Shown here piece by piece: positions 42,479 to 52,377 of a stretch of DNA of 64,000 nucleotides; the first letter of the stretch is position 1, and each line of letters begins with the position of its first letter. The DNA is from Bdellovibrionota bacterium (GTDB lineage Bacteria; Bdellovibrionota_C; UBA2361; CAKMMH01). Below the pieces are notes generated by a model that was not told where the DNA came from, searched no databases, and saw only the letters and a list, made by a program, of their open reading frames with translations. Made by a program: the position numbers and the translations under genes. The stretch covers positions 288,001-352,000 of the forward strand of contig JBMNLI010000017.1 of assembly GCA_050952645.1 (NCBI GenBank), given 5' to 3'.

Positions 42479-44299
42479 TTAAAATAACGTTAAAATATAA
42501 CCTAATCCATAAATTACAGCACTTCCAATCAAAGTTCCTTTTAATGGAGAAACTTTATTTCCTTCAGATTTTAAAATTTGTTGCTGAATAATAGAAATTA
42601 AGTTATTAGTAAGCCAATACAAAACTAGCCCTGATGGAAATGGACTTACTATAAAAATAACCGTAAAAATAATAGGCGTTAAAAGCATAGCTTTTCTTTG
42701 CGCTGGGTCTGCAGCCGATGGGGTGCTAAGCTGCTGAACGAACATGCTCACTCCCATAAGCAAAATCATTACAGGAACGCCTACACTTCCAATATACAAT
42801 TTTTCAGGTGCAGATAAATCTGTAATCCATAAGGCAAACGAAGAATGTCTTAAACTAATAGAGTTTAAAAGCGCTGAATAAAGTCCAAAAAACACTGGTA
42901 TTTGTATAAGTATCGGGAGACAACCACTAAGAGGATTGATATTATGTTTTTTATATAGCTCCATCACTTCTTGATTCAATTTATTTGGCTCTTTTATCCT
43001 CTCTTTTAACTCTTGCATCTTAGGTTGAAGCTCTGCCATTTTGCTCATCGACCGCATGCTAGTAGATGTCAAAGGTAAAAATAATAATTTAATAAAAAGC
43101 GTTAATAAAATTATCGCTAATCCATAATTTTTACTAACAAAATAGAAAAATTTTAAAAGGTATAATAAGGGCACTGAAACTATACTAAAAGTGCCTAAAT
43201 CAACACTTCTTTCTAACTCAAAACTTAAATTTTTTAATATATCTCTATCTTTAGGGCCTACGTATAGTTTAATATTTTTATTTAATGAGTCTAATTTTCC
43301 TTGAATTATAAAATTATTATTATCTACGCCAAAGCGTGTATTATTGCCAACGGTTTGTGGAATTAAAATACTAGTAAAATATTTATACCCCGTGCTTATC
43401 CAAATATTATCTCCCATATCTTGAACTAGAGCATGTTTTTCTTTTAAACCTACTTTTTTAACTTTTTTATCATCTTTTCTAAAATATAAAATTGAATACT
43501 CATTATACCTATCTTTATTATCATCATCTCTTTTATGTTGCCACTCTAACCAAGCATTATCATTTTCACTAAGTAGCGGAAAAGAAACATCGAAAAGATA
43601 CGAATCTGCATTTAATGAAATCACTTTTTTTATCATTGAAGCGTCTGAATTATTAGCATTATTAGCATTATTAGCATTATTGACATTATTAGTATTATTA
43701 GTTTCATCAATGCTAGTTAAGACGATTTTTGCGTCTCCTTTAATTTTAAAAGTATCATTATTTATTTTCTCTACATCACCGCTTTCAATACTAAAATTAT
43801 ATTTTACGAAATCATCTCTTTTACCGTTATATATAAGTGCTAATGGATAAAAGGTGCCTTTTGGAATATCGATAAGCTCTACTAACTCTTTAGATTCTAA
43901 ACTTACTGGATATTTTTTTAATTTATAAGAAATAAGTTTTCCACCAAGACTAGAAATTTCAAACTCTGCAACATTTGTTATAAATTTTTTAGCACCACGT
44001 TGTAAAGTTTCTTTAGTTGGAACAGCTACATTAGTGTTTGCTACATTGTTTATTACTACTTGATTTTGATTTATATTTTGCGGAGCATTATTTAAGGTAT
44101 TATTTAACGCATCGTTTTTCGCATATTGGTTTTGCGATATTTGATTTTGAGCTATTTGATTTTGTGCTATCTGCTGATTTGCTATCTGCTGATTTATAGC
44201 GTTAACATCTGGCTTTGGCACGACCATGTTCATATACATAACTATAACTAGCACACTTAAAACGATAGCAGTTGCCATTCTTTTTGAATTATTATTCAT
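42479..44299 (-). CDS. yidC: Membrane protein insertase YidC
   Basis: NYGLAIILLT, LQPKMQELKE, NPLSGCLPILIQIPVF, LWITDLS, GLVLYWLTNN. Confidence 0.96.
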   Translation of the reverse strand: MNNNSKRMATAIVLSVLVIVMYMNMVVPKPDVNAINQQIANQQIAQNQIAQNQISQNQYAKNDALNNTLNNAPQNINQNQVVINNVANTNVAVPTKETLQRGAKKFITNVAEFEISSLGGKLISYKLKKYPVSLESKELVELIDIPKGTFYPLALIYNGKRDDFVKYNFSIESGDVEKINNDTFKIKGDAKIVLTSIDETNNTNNVNNANNANNANNSDASMIKKVISLNADSYLFDVSFPLLSENDNAWLEWQHKRDDDNKDRYNEYSILYFRKDDKKVKKVGLKEKHALVQDMGDNIWISTGYKYFTSILIPQTVGNNTRFGVDNNNFIIQGKLDSLNKNIKLYVGPKDRDILKNLSFELERSVDLGTFSIVSVPLLYLLKFFYFVSKNYGLAIILLTLFIKLLFLPLTSTSMRSMSKMAELQPKMQELKERIKEPNKLNQEVMELYKKHNINPLSGCLPILIQIPVFFGLYSALLNSISLRHSSFALWITDLSAPEKLYIGSVGVPVMILLMGVSMFVQQLSTPSAADPAQRKAMLLTPIIFTVIFIVSPFPSGLVLYWLTNNLISIIQQQILKSEGNKVSPLKGTLIGSAVIYGLGYILTLF

Positions 44300-44443
44300 A
44301 ATAAAAAAATCCTTCGGAAAAAAATTTACTAATATTTAAATATTTAACTTTAAGACGATACCATAAACTAAAATTATCTTCCATAGCGTTATATTTTATA
44401 CTTATATTTTATACTTATATTTTATATTTATATTTATACTTTA

Positions 44444-45094
44444 TCACATTAACTTAGCTACAAAATTTAAAACTGGGGTTAAAATTTTAGAAAATGCTTC
44501 ACTAAAGACTACTAATAAAAGTATTATAAAACCGTATTTTTCAGTTTTAGCAAAATAGTAAGCTTGCTTTTTAGGAAGCAAAGCGTGGAGCACTCTTCCT
44601 CCATCTAATGGAAGTATTGGTATTAAATTAAAAAGCATTAAGACTACATTTACAATAACTGATGCTTGGAAATATGGAATTAAAAAAATTGAAACTCGTT
44701 CTAACAAGAAAAAATCCCAAAGAGAATTTATTAAAATGATACCATATATCGTAAAAAGTGAGATAATCGCCAAGCATAAGTTTGTTAAAGGTCCTGCAAG
44801 AGCTACTACTCCCATGCCTTTAATGGGACGCTTAAAATGCAAAGGATTTACGGGAACTGGCTTTGCACCACCTATTATAAAAGGAGATCCCATAAGTATT
44901 AGTGCTAGTGGAAAAAGAATAGTCATATATAAATCTATATGCACTAGTGGATTTAAGCTTAGACGCCCTAAGTTTTTAGCCGTAGGGTCGCCTAGTTTAA
45001 AAGCCGTGTAGCCGTGTGCTATTTCATGTAATATAACACTAATAAATAATGGCACTAAATAAATTGACAATTCATAAATCTTAATTAAACTCAT
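44444..45094 (-). CDS. Site-2 protease (peptidase M50)
   Basis: HEIAH, GRLSLNPL, FNLIPILPLDGG. Confidence 0.93.
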   Translation of the reverse strand: MSLIKIYELSIYLVPLFISVILHEIAHGYTAFKLGDPTAKNLGRLSLNPLVHIDLYMTILFPLALILMGSPFIIGGAKPVPVNPLHFKRPIKGMGVVALAGPLTNLCLAIISLFTIYGIILINSLWDFFLLERVSIFLIPYFQASVIVNVVLMLFNLIPILPLDGGRVLHALLPKKQAYYFAKTEKYGFIILLLVVFSEAFSKILTPVLNFVAKLM

Positions 45095-45134
45095 AAGTTA
45101 GAAGTTTATTTTATATTTTTTAATAATGCAATAA

Positions 45135-47186
45135 TTGGAATGTAGGTTTACTTTTAAGTTTTTTTATAGGAAACCTTATAGCTTTAAAAAGTTTTTTTAT
45201 ATGAATATAAATCGCAATTTATTTTTTTCGTCTATATCTATTTTAATAGTGACTGTCGTTTCTTTCTTTACTTACTTTTATAATAGAGATTCTTATAATA
45301 AATTTATTTGGGATGAGCATTACCACGTAGCTAGTGCGCAAAAGTATATAAACCATGTTCATTTTATGGAACCACACCCACCTTTTGGAAAAATGATTAT
45401 CGCTTGGGGAGAGCAATTATTAAAATATAATAAAAAAAACGATCAACTTATAAACAAGATGAAATCAGAGGGGCAAGATTTACCTGAAGATTTTTCTTTC
45501 TCTGGATATAGATTTTTTCCCATGCTTCTTGCTTGGCTTTTAGCTCCGCTCTTATTTTTAATAGTAAAAAATTTAACTAAAAGCAATATTATAGCGCTTG
45601 GTTTTTCGCTGTTTTACGCCCTAGACAATGCGATGCTCGTTCATTTTAGAACCGCCATGTTAGATGCAACGCTTCTTTTTTTTATGACTCTAAATTTTTA
45701 TCTATTTTTACTTATTAGAAAGAGAATTTTAAATTCAAAAGACGCTACTTTTTTATCTATTCTTTTTGGTATTAGTTTTGCGCTTACGATGACGACTAAA
45801 GTCACGGGGCTTATAAATATAATTTTTCCTATTTGGCTACTATATTTAGCGTTTGTAAATTTTGCAAATAAGGCAAAAATATTAAAACTTCTTTTCGCTA
45901 TGATTATACCTTTTTTTATAACTTACTTTGCGGTTTGGGAATACCATTTTGCGCATGGCACAAAGGTTATTTCTTCGTTAGATGCTAAGGGATATTTTAT
46001 TAAGAACGATGATAAATTAAAAGAGATATTAGATAACAAGCAGGGAGCAAACCCTTTAAATTACTTTACGATGTTAAAATACAATGCTTTTCAATTTGTT
46101 AAGCAGTATGAAAAGGGAGTTCCGCATCTTAATTTATGCAATGAGGCGGAAAATGGAAGCCCATTTTTTATGTGGCCTATCGGAGCTCGTGCTATTCAGT
46201 ATGTTCAGCACACGAAAAACAATATTACTAAATATTTATATCTGCAAGTTAACCCCATAGTTTGGCTAGTAGGGCTTATAGGAATTATCGTTGGGCTTAG
46301 TGTTTTTGTAGTTTCATTATTTTGCGATGTTCCCATTATAAAAGATGAAGATAAAGATAAAGATAAAAACAAAGACAAAGATATTTTTTATATTCTTATA
46401 TTGTCGTATCTAGGCTATATGGCAGCCATTGGGCTTATAGATAGGGTTATGTATTTATATCATTATTTTCCAGCATTGATTTTTTCTTTATTGATAGCTG
46501 CAATGCTTTTTAAAAATACCGATAAACTTTTTAATTTTAATATTTCAAAAATGTTTAAGGTGTTTTTTATAGCATTTTTAAGTATTTTATCTATTATAGC
46601 TTTTTATATTTATACGCCTTTAACTTATTTTAAGCCTATCCCGCAAGATTATATAAAAAAGCTATCACTAAATTCTATGTGGGATTTAAAGTGTCCTAAT
46701 TGTGAAAGGACTAATCATTTTGCTAAACCAATAGAAAAGAAAGGTAGTAATAGAACCTTTGAAACTAATTTAGCTTTAGGGGATGTCGATTCTTTTTACG
46801 TCCAACAAGATTGGGGCGAACCGCAGATTGGGCAGAGTGTTATTAAAAAAGAAGTGTTAGTAAACGATAAAAAGTATAATTATATTTTTGGCTTGCATGC
46901 TAATTCTAAAATTAAGTATAGATTAAAGGGACGATTTAACACTTTTTCAAGTTTTGTAGGACTTCCAGATTATTTAATAAACGATGATGGGCAAGGGAGT
47001 ATAATTTTTAAAGTTATAGGTGATGGCAAAGTTTTATGGCAATCTTCTAAGATGCAAGCAGGAAAACGTGCTGAAATGGCGCACGTTAATGTTAAGGGCA
47101 TTAATATATTAGAGCTAGTAATGGACGGCACAGGGGATGCCATAGATTACGACCACGGAGTTTGGCTAGAGCCTAGATTAAACTAG
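45135..47186 (+). CDS. Protein O-mannosyltransferase-like (PMT/GT39) fused to a C-terminal NPCBM carbohydrate-binding domain
   Basis: WDEHYH, HPPFGK, RTAMLD, RVMYLYHYFPA; C-terminal QQDWG..GLHANS..FKVIGDGKVLWQS..DHGVWLEPRL. Confidence 0.85.
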   Translation: MECRFTFKFFYRKPYSFKKFFYMNINRNLFFSSISILIVTVVSFFTYFYNRDSYNKFIWDEHYHVASAQKYINHVHFMEPHPPFGKMIIAWGEQLLKYNKKNDQLINKMKSEGQDLPEDFSFSGYRFFPMLLAWLLAPLLFLIVKNLTKSNIIALGFSLFYALDNAMLVHFRTAMLDATLLFFMTLNFYLFLLIRKRILNSKDATFLSILFGISFALTMTTKVTGLINIIFPIWLLYLAFVNFANKAKILKLLFAMIIPFFITYFAVWEYHFAHGTKVISSLDAKGYFIKNDDKLKEILDNKQGANPLNYFTMLKYNAFQFVKQYEKGVPHLNLCNEAENGSPFFMWPIGARAIQYVQHTKNNITKYLYLQVNPIVWLVGLIGIIVGLSVFVVSLFCDVPIIKDEDKDKDKNKDKDIFYILILSYLGYMAAIGLIDRVMYLYHYFPALIFSLLIAAMLFKNTDKLFNFNISKMFKVFFIAFLSILSIIAFYIYTPLTYFKPIPQDYIKKLSLNSMWDLKCPNCERTNHFAKPIEKKGSNRTFETNLALGDVDSFYVQQDWGEPQIGQSVIKKEVLVNDKKYNYIFGLHANSKIKYRLKGRFNTFSSFVGLPDYLINDDGQGSIIFKVIGDGKVLWQSSKMQAGKRAEMAHVNVKGINILELVMDGTGDAIDYDHGVWLEPRLN

Positions 47187-47252
47187 AAATTAGACTAGAA
47201 AAAAAATATTTGCATTCTTTTTTATGCAATTAAATAAGGCTTTTCTAAAAAA

Positions 47253-48095
47253 CTATACTTTCTTTTTTTCTAGGAATTTTTGATGCTCATCTTTAACTAT
47301 TTCCATCGCCTCGGCTGGAGTATCGACTAAATGAACGAAATCAAAATCTTTATCACTTATAAGCTTTCTTCTATTTGGCTCCGCATGCATCCAATCTAAC
47401 AATCCCTGCCAATAAGATTTATCTAATAGTATTATAGGACGCATCGCAATATGCTTTACCTGAACTAATTGCCAAGAGAAAAATAACTCTAAAAGAGTGC
47501 CTATCCCACCAGGGGTGCAAATAACTATATTAGAAAGTCTCATAAAATCATCTAGCCTATGCGAGAAACGATAGTGATGCCTCCTAACATCTAAATGAAT
47601 ATTAGGGTCAGGCTCAAACTCTAATTGTATCGGCAAACCAAAAGATAAACTTCTAGTATTATTCTCTTGTTGCCCTATCTCCGCTCCATAGTTTCCGGCC
47701 TCCATAAGCCCTGGGCCTCCACCCGTTAAAACATCTATGCCCTCTCTTGCTAAAAGCCTTGCTAGCTCAAACACCATATCATAAACTGGATCTCCTGCCT
47801 TTATTCTAGCACTTCCAAAAACACACGCCCTAAAAAATCTTCCCTCATCTAACTTGAGCATCTTATCTTCTATAATCATCGCTCTTTGATGTAGAAATCT
47901 TAGCCTCTCATCTAAATGTTTTTTAATATCACTATTAGTTATCTTTCCATCATCTTCTTTAGACTGTTTCCTAAATTTTTTATAAGCGCTAGATGGATTT
48001 CTTTCCGCTACCCTAAAACCATTCTTACTATTTTCATCAATATTGCTATTATTATTATTGCTATTATTACTACTATTATTACTACTATCGACCAT
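47253..48095 (-). CDS. LOG family (TIGR00730-like) nucleotide phosphoribohydrolase
   Basis: VFGSAR, TGGGPGLMEAGN, PGGIGTLLELF. Confidence 0.9.
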   Translation of the reverse strand: MVDSSNNSSNNSNNNNSNIDENSKNGFRVAERNPSSAYKKFRKQSKEDDGKITNSDIKKHLDERLRFLHQRAMIIEDKMLKLDEGRFFRACVFGSARIKAGDPVYDMVFELARLLAREGIDVLTGGGPGLMEAGNYGAEIGQQENNTRSLSFGLPIQLEFEPDPNIHLDVRRHHYRFSHRLDDFMRLSNIVICTPGGIGTLLELFFSWQLVQVKHIAMRPIILLDKSYWQGLLDWMHAEPNRRKLISDKDFDFVHLVDTPAEAMEIVKDEHQKFLEKKKV

Positions 48096-48345
48096 TACTA
48101 AAACTCCTAATTTACAAAACTTTATTAAAACTTTACTTAAATTTTTCTTTACTTAAATTTTTAAAGAATACCTTTATAACAAATATTAAACAAAAACTCT
48201 ACTCTGTATTTTATATCGGAAAAAATATAAAATAACTATAATGAAAATAATAATGAAAAAACAAATAAAATAACAAATAAAAAATAAGTAAAACAAAAAA
48301 TAAAATAAAAAGTAAAACAAGAAGTAAAACAAGAAGTAAAATAAA

Positions 48346-49017
48346 ATGATAAATAAAGAGTTAATAGCAGGAATAGATGAGGTTGGACGTGGTCCCCTGA
48401 TAGGTCCCGTAACTATCGGAGCCGTAATACTAGGGAACTACACTAATAAAGACCTTACGGATTCAAAGAAACTTTCTCGAAAAAAACGCGAATTATTATC
48501 TAATGAAATAAAAGAAAACGCATTCTCTTGGATTATCGTAAATATCGGGCCAGATATTATAGAAGAAAAAAATATCTTAAATGCCACTCTTTACGGAATG
48601 AAAATAGCTAGTGAAAAAATAAACGCAGATAGCTATTTAATAGATGGAAATAAAAAAATCGATATAATTAAACCACAAAAAACAATTATAAAAGGAGACT
48701 TATTATGCAAGGAAATTTCCGCAGCTTCTATTATCGCAAAAGTATGGCGCGACAACTATATGCTACTACTATCAAAAGATTTTCCTCAATATGGATTTGA
48801 AAAAAATGCAGGATACCCAACTAAACAACATAAAGAAGCTATTAGTAAATTTTACCCGACACCTTTTCATAGGCAATCCTTTAGAGGCGTCAAAGAGTTT
48901 GCACATTACCAACCCTTTTTTAAAAATTACTCTAAAAATATTAAAATATACAAAGAAAAAACGCCTAATATTCACTTTGGCATTTATTGGGAAATGGGGG
49001 GAACGCAAAGCTTGTAA
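48346..49017 (+). CDS. rnhB: Ribonuclease HII
   Basis: GIDEVGRGPLIGPV, DSKKLS, IDGN, ISAASIIAKV, GYPTKQH, HRQSF. Confidence 0.96.
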   Translation: MINKELIAGIDEVGRGPLIGPVTIGAVILGNYTNKDLTDSKKLSRKKRELLSNEIKENAFSWIIVNIGPDIIEEKNILNATLYGMKIASEKINADSYLIDGNKKIDIIKPQKTIIKGDLLCKEISAASIIAKVWRDNYMLLLSKDFPQYGFEKNAGYPTKQHKEAISKFYPTPFHRQSFRGVKEFAHYQPFFKNYSKNIKIYKEKTPNIHFGIYWEMGGTQSL

Positions 49018-49366
49018 ATACTTAAAGCGTAAAGGTTTTTTTATTGAAGATACGAATATTAAAAATAAAGTCTCTGAAATAGATATTATAGCATTTAATA
49101 AAAATACTTTAGTATTCGCTGAGGTAAAAACTCGCCATATTAAAAGCGCCGTAAGATTTCCAATATTTGAAACTATTACGGAGCATAAATTAAAACATAT
49201 CGCTCGTGGTATTAGAATTTATAAAAATAATAATTACGCTACACTAAAACGAAGACGTATAAAATATATAAGAAACGACTTTATTTTTATTCACTACAAA
49301 AATTCTTTTTTAGGATTTCCAAAAGTAGTCGAGATTATGGAAACCTCTTACGATAAACTTTCTTAG
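48899..49366 (+). CDS. yraN: YraN/UPF0102 family protein (start uncertain; overlaps rnhB)
   Basis: GKWGERKACKYLKRKGF, EIDIIA, LVFAEVKTR. Confidence 0.8.
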   Translation: MHITNPFLKITLKILKYTKKKRLIFTLAFIGKWGERKACKYLKRKGFFIEDTNIKNKVSEIDIIAFNKNTLVFAEVKTRHIKSAVRFPIFETITEHKLKHIARGIRIYKNNNYATLKRRRIKYIRNDFIFIHYKNSFLGFPKVVEIMETSYDKLS

Positions 49367-49459
49367 CAATAAAAAAAAGACCTCATAGAGGCACACGCAT
49401 TCTGCGTAAATGCTCTATAAGGTCCTAACTAAAATTTATAACGAAAGTAAAGAAGAAGC

Positions 49460-50347
49460 TTAAAGAAATGCTTGATAGCTTTCCACACCTTCATAAGTTT
49501 TGCGTCCATTTGCTTTCGCTAGTAAAGCATAATGCTCCTTAAGTTGCCGCTTCAACTTTTTCACCTCAGATGAACTTAACTTTTTAGCTATCTCTTTACA
49601 GTACTCGACAAGCCAGCCATCACCATTAGGGGCATTTCTTGCTTGAATTCTTCGCACTCTATACTCTACCAAAAGACCGTCTAAATTTTCTAAGTTTAAA
49701 TCCGCTTGGGGTTCAATGCTCCACTTATCTAATCTTATTTCACCCTCTTTTTCATCGAACAGATACATAGGAACCCTATCATATCTTTCGTTAGAAAAAT
49801 AAACGGTACCATACTTTCGCTCCCCGAGCGGTTCAGGAGTAAAAGTTTGCGAGTTTGTTTGAAATACTACATAATTATTATTTGGCATCTCAACAAGCTC
49901 ACATAGAGACTTAATTCTTTGCTTAGTAGCTTTGCTGTATTCTGCCTTGCTTGCTTGCTTATGAACTAAGCCCCCATACTCTTCTAAAATTTTAGAAATC
50001 AAGGTTTCAAGCTCTGTTTCCCTATCACGCTCTAGCTTAGCGAACAATTCTACATCTTTAAAATTATAAAAGTAGAAGCTTAAAACAAACTCAGCGATAT
50101 GCAAAAAAACGATCTTATACCGCAGTTGCTCGCACAGTTGCCCGTCAAGCTTATCTAAACTTTGTAAACTAGGAATGTTCAAAGTTTCAACTTTCGTTAA
50201 CATATCGAATGCGCCTGCTCTTACTAATTCTTCATCTAGTTTTGATTTTTGTTTAAAAAAATCGGGAAAAAATTTAAGCAGGTCATCAAAAACCTGTTCG
50301 GGACGTTTTTTATCAAAACTCCCATCATTAACACCAGAAATCATCAC
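49460..50347 (-). CDS. Hypothetical protein
   Basis: 295-aa ORF; hairpin at ~49378-49425 between it and yraN. Confidence 0.6.
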   Translation of the reverse strand: MMISGVNDGSFDKKRPEQVFDDLLKFFPDFFKQKSKLDEELVRAGAFDMLTKVETLNIPSLQSLDKLDGQLCEQLRYKIVFLHIAEFVLSFYFYNFKDVELFAKLERDRETELETLISKILEEYGGLVHKQASKAEYSKATKQRIKSLCELVEMPNNNYVVFQTNSQTFTPEPLGERKYGTVYFSNERYDRVPMYLFDEKEGEIRLDKWSIEPQADLNLENLDGLLVEYRVRRIQARNAPNGDGWLVEYCKEIAKKLSSSEVKKLKRQLKEHYALLAKANGRKTYEGVESYQAFL

Positions 50348-50675
50348 AACCTTAGCTTTCTATATCTTAATTTTGTTTCTTTTATCTATTTATTTATATT
50401 TTTAAAAGGCTTTTAAATAAGCCTTTTTTAAACAAAATAATTTTATATTATAATATATTAAAACTATTAAAACAATTTTATTTTTCATAAAAATTTTTAA
50501 AACTAATAGAGATACTTTTTTTATTAAAAATTTTATTACAAATAAGATTACTTACCGATAATCCATTAAAGTTTTTATAAATTTAATTCCGATAATATCT
50601 TAAGATAAGATTTACAAATAATTTTTTTTTATTAGCAGATATAAAATAAAAAAAACATAAAACATAAAATATAAA

Positions 50676-51320
50676 ATGAGTAATGATATAAATAACAACA
50701 ACCAAATAAAATGTAGCAAAAAAGAAAAACAAAAGAGCAACTATCGGAGACATAACGAGGATGTAAAGCAAGCTAGATTAGAAAATGCAAAAGAAATAGT
50801 AAAAAGCATTAATAAAAAAGAAAAAAAAATAAGCGATAAATCGAAGCGTTTTATCTTAGCTAGTTTTAGTATTTTATTATTTATTATCATATTATTAGCA
50901 GTTATTTTAAAGCTTTTTCTTTATTCTCCTTTAAGCGTTCAATTTTTTTATAGTCTTTTATTTTTTTCTTCATTTATGTATTTGGGAACCGTTTTCTATA
51001 TTACCATAGAAACTTTTATTGAAGCTAAAGCTTACTCACTTCTTTCACTGTTTATCCCACTATTTTTTATTTTTGGATATTTTAGTAAAAAAATTAGAAA
51101 GCTTGTAGGCGTAGCTATTACGTTTCGTGTATTATTCTATATTTTAAATGCGATCTCAATTTTTATGCTATGCAAACTTCAAGATTTGTCTGCTAAGCAA
51201 TTAATGGAAATAATTAGCGATAATTTAAGTTTTGCAAACGATATATTAAATAATGTATTAGATAAGACGGATAAACTATTTGATTTTCTTTTTAATCCTA
51301 ATGACCCTAGATATAATTAA
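50676..51320 (+). CDS. Hypothetical membrane protein
   Basis: Basic N-terminus followed by about 4 hydrophobic segments. Confidence 0.6.
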   Translation: MSNDINNNNQIKCSKKEKQKSNYRRHNEDVKQARLENAKEIVKSINKKEKKISDKSKRFILASFSILLFIIILLAVILKLFLYSPLSVQFFYSLLFFSSFMYLGTVFYITIETFIEAKAYSLLSLFIPLFFIFGYFSKKIRKLVGVAITFRVLFYILNAISIFMLCKLQDLSAKQLMEIISDNLSFANDILNNVLDKTDKLFDFLFNPNDPRYN

Positions 51321-51380
51321 GGAAAATCCTAAAAAAACTCTCTTTCTTTAAAAAACCTACTATCAACTTTACTAAAAGTT

Positions 51381-51775
51381 AAATAAAAAAAGACGAGGCT
51401 CTTGAAGATAATATCTCTACTGAGATAATAAAAGAACCCTCGTCTTTGAAATAAATAATATTTTTATAATATAAGTGATGCTTCTTTTTAAAAGCATAAC
51501 TACTGTTATCACGCTAAAATAGCACACTTAAAAACGAGAAGCTAGTCTAAAATGAACTAACCCTATATAACCTCCTAGCTTTCTACAGAGTAGGTTGGAA
51601 AATATTTCTACTTCCCGCCCTTTCTCTGTAGAAAGCCTAGAAATTCCGTTTAGCCAACTTTGCTAGCGCTTTTTTGCGAAGTAGCAAATACATTAAGAAA
51701 GGATCACTCCATAGGCTACCTCCTTTCGTAAGCTAGGCAACTAGATAATTGTCGATAACGGAAATTACAAATTGT
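51381..51775 (-). ncRNA. Candidate structured non-coding RNA 1
   Basis: Promoter TTGATT-N17-TAAAAT (51806-51778), several GC-richer hairpins, terminator aaagacgagg/cctcgtcttt plus U-tract; no ORF. Confidence 0.5.
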
Positions 51776-52215
51776 AAATTTTACTATATATAAAAAAATA
51801 AATCAAGCTATTTTTTATTAAATTTAAAATTCACGAAATTTAGTGTCTAAGATATTTAAGTGTAGTTTAAATGTTGTTGTTAATATCAATATAAATAATC
51901 CTCCCCCGAAAAAACTTAAAGATAAGACTACTTAAAAAACGTGAAGATAACTTTACCTACTTTTAGTAAAATTCTTTAAAGATTATTTTTAAGCTTTGTA
52001 TGAAATATAGTTTTTTTTGGCTCTTCACGTTTTAGGTGGGTTTGCACGAATTAAACGTCATTCTAATTTAATGATAATAACTAGAGAAAAAAAAGAAGAT
52101 TATTAAGATAATTGGTTTAAAATATTTTTGAAATTGGGGTAAAACAGGACATGATATCATAATATTTATGATATTTGTTATTTATTCCCCCCACCCTTTT
52201 TGAAAGGAGTAAACC

Positions 52216-52320
52216 ATGTTCTGCAAAGAGTATAGTAAACTTTTTGATTATTTTATTCAAGCTAAAAATTATAAATATATAGATATTATTATAGAGAAAA
52301 ACAATTTTTTTGTATTTTAG
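52216..52320 (+). CDS. Putative 34-aa small protein
   Basis: gaaaggag SD, then MFCKEYSKLFDYFIQAKNYKYIDIIIEKNNFFVF*. Confidence 0.35.
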   Translation: MFCKEYSKLFDYFIQAKNYKYIDIIIEKNNFFVF

Positions 52321-52377
52321 AATTTGCTAGATGCTTAAAATAGATGCTTAAGAGTATCTTATTAAAATAGGAAAGAT

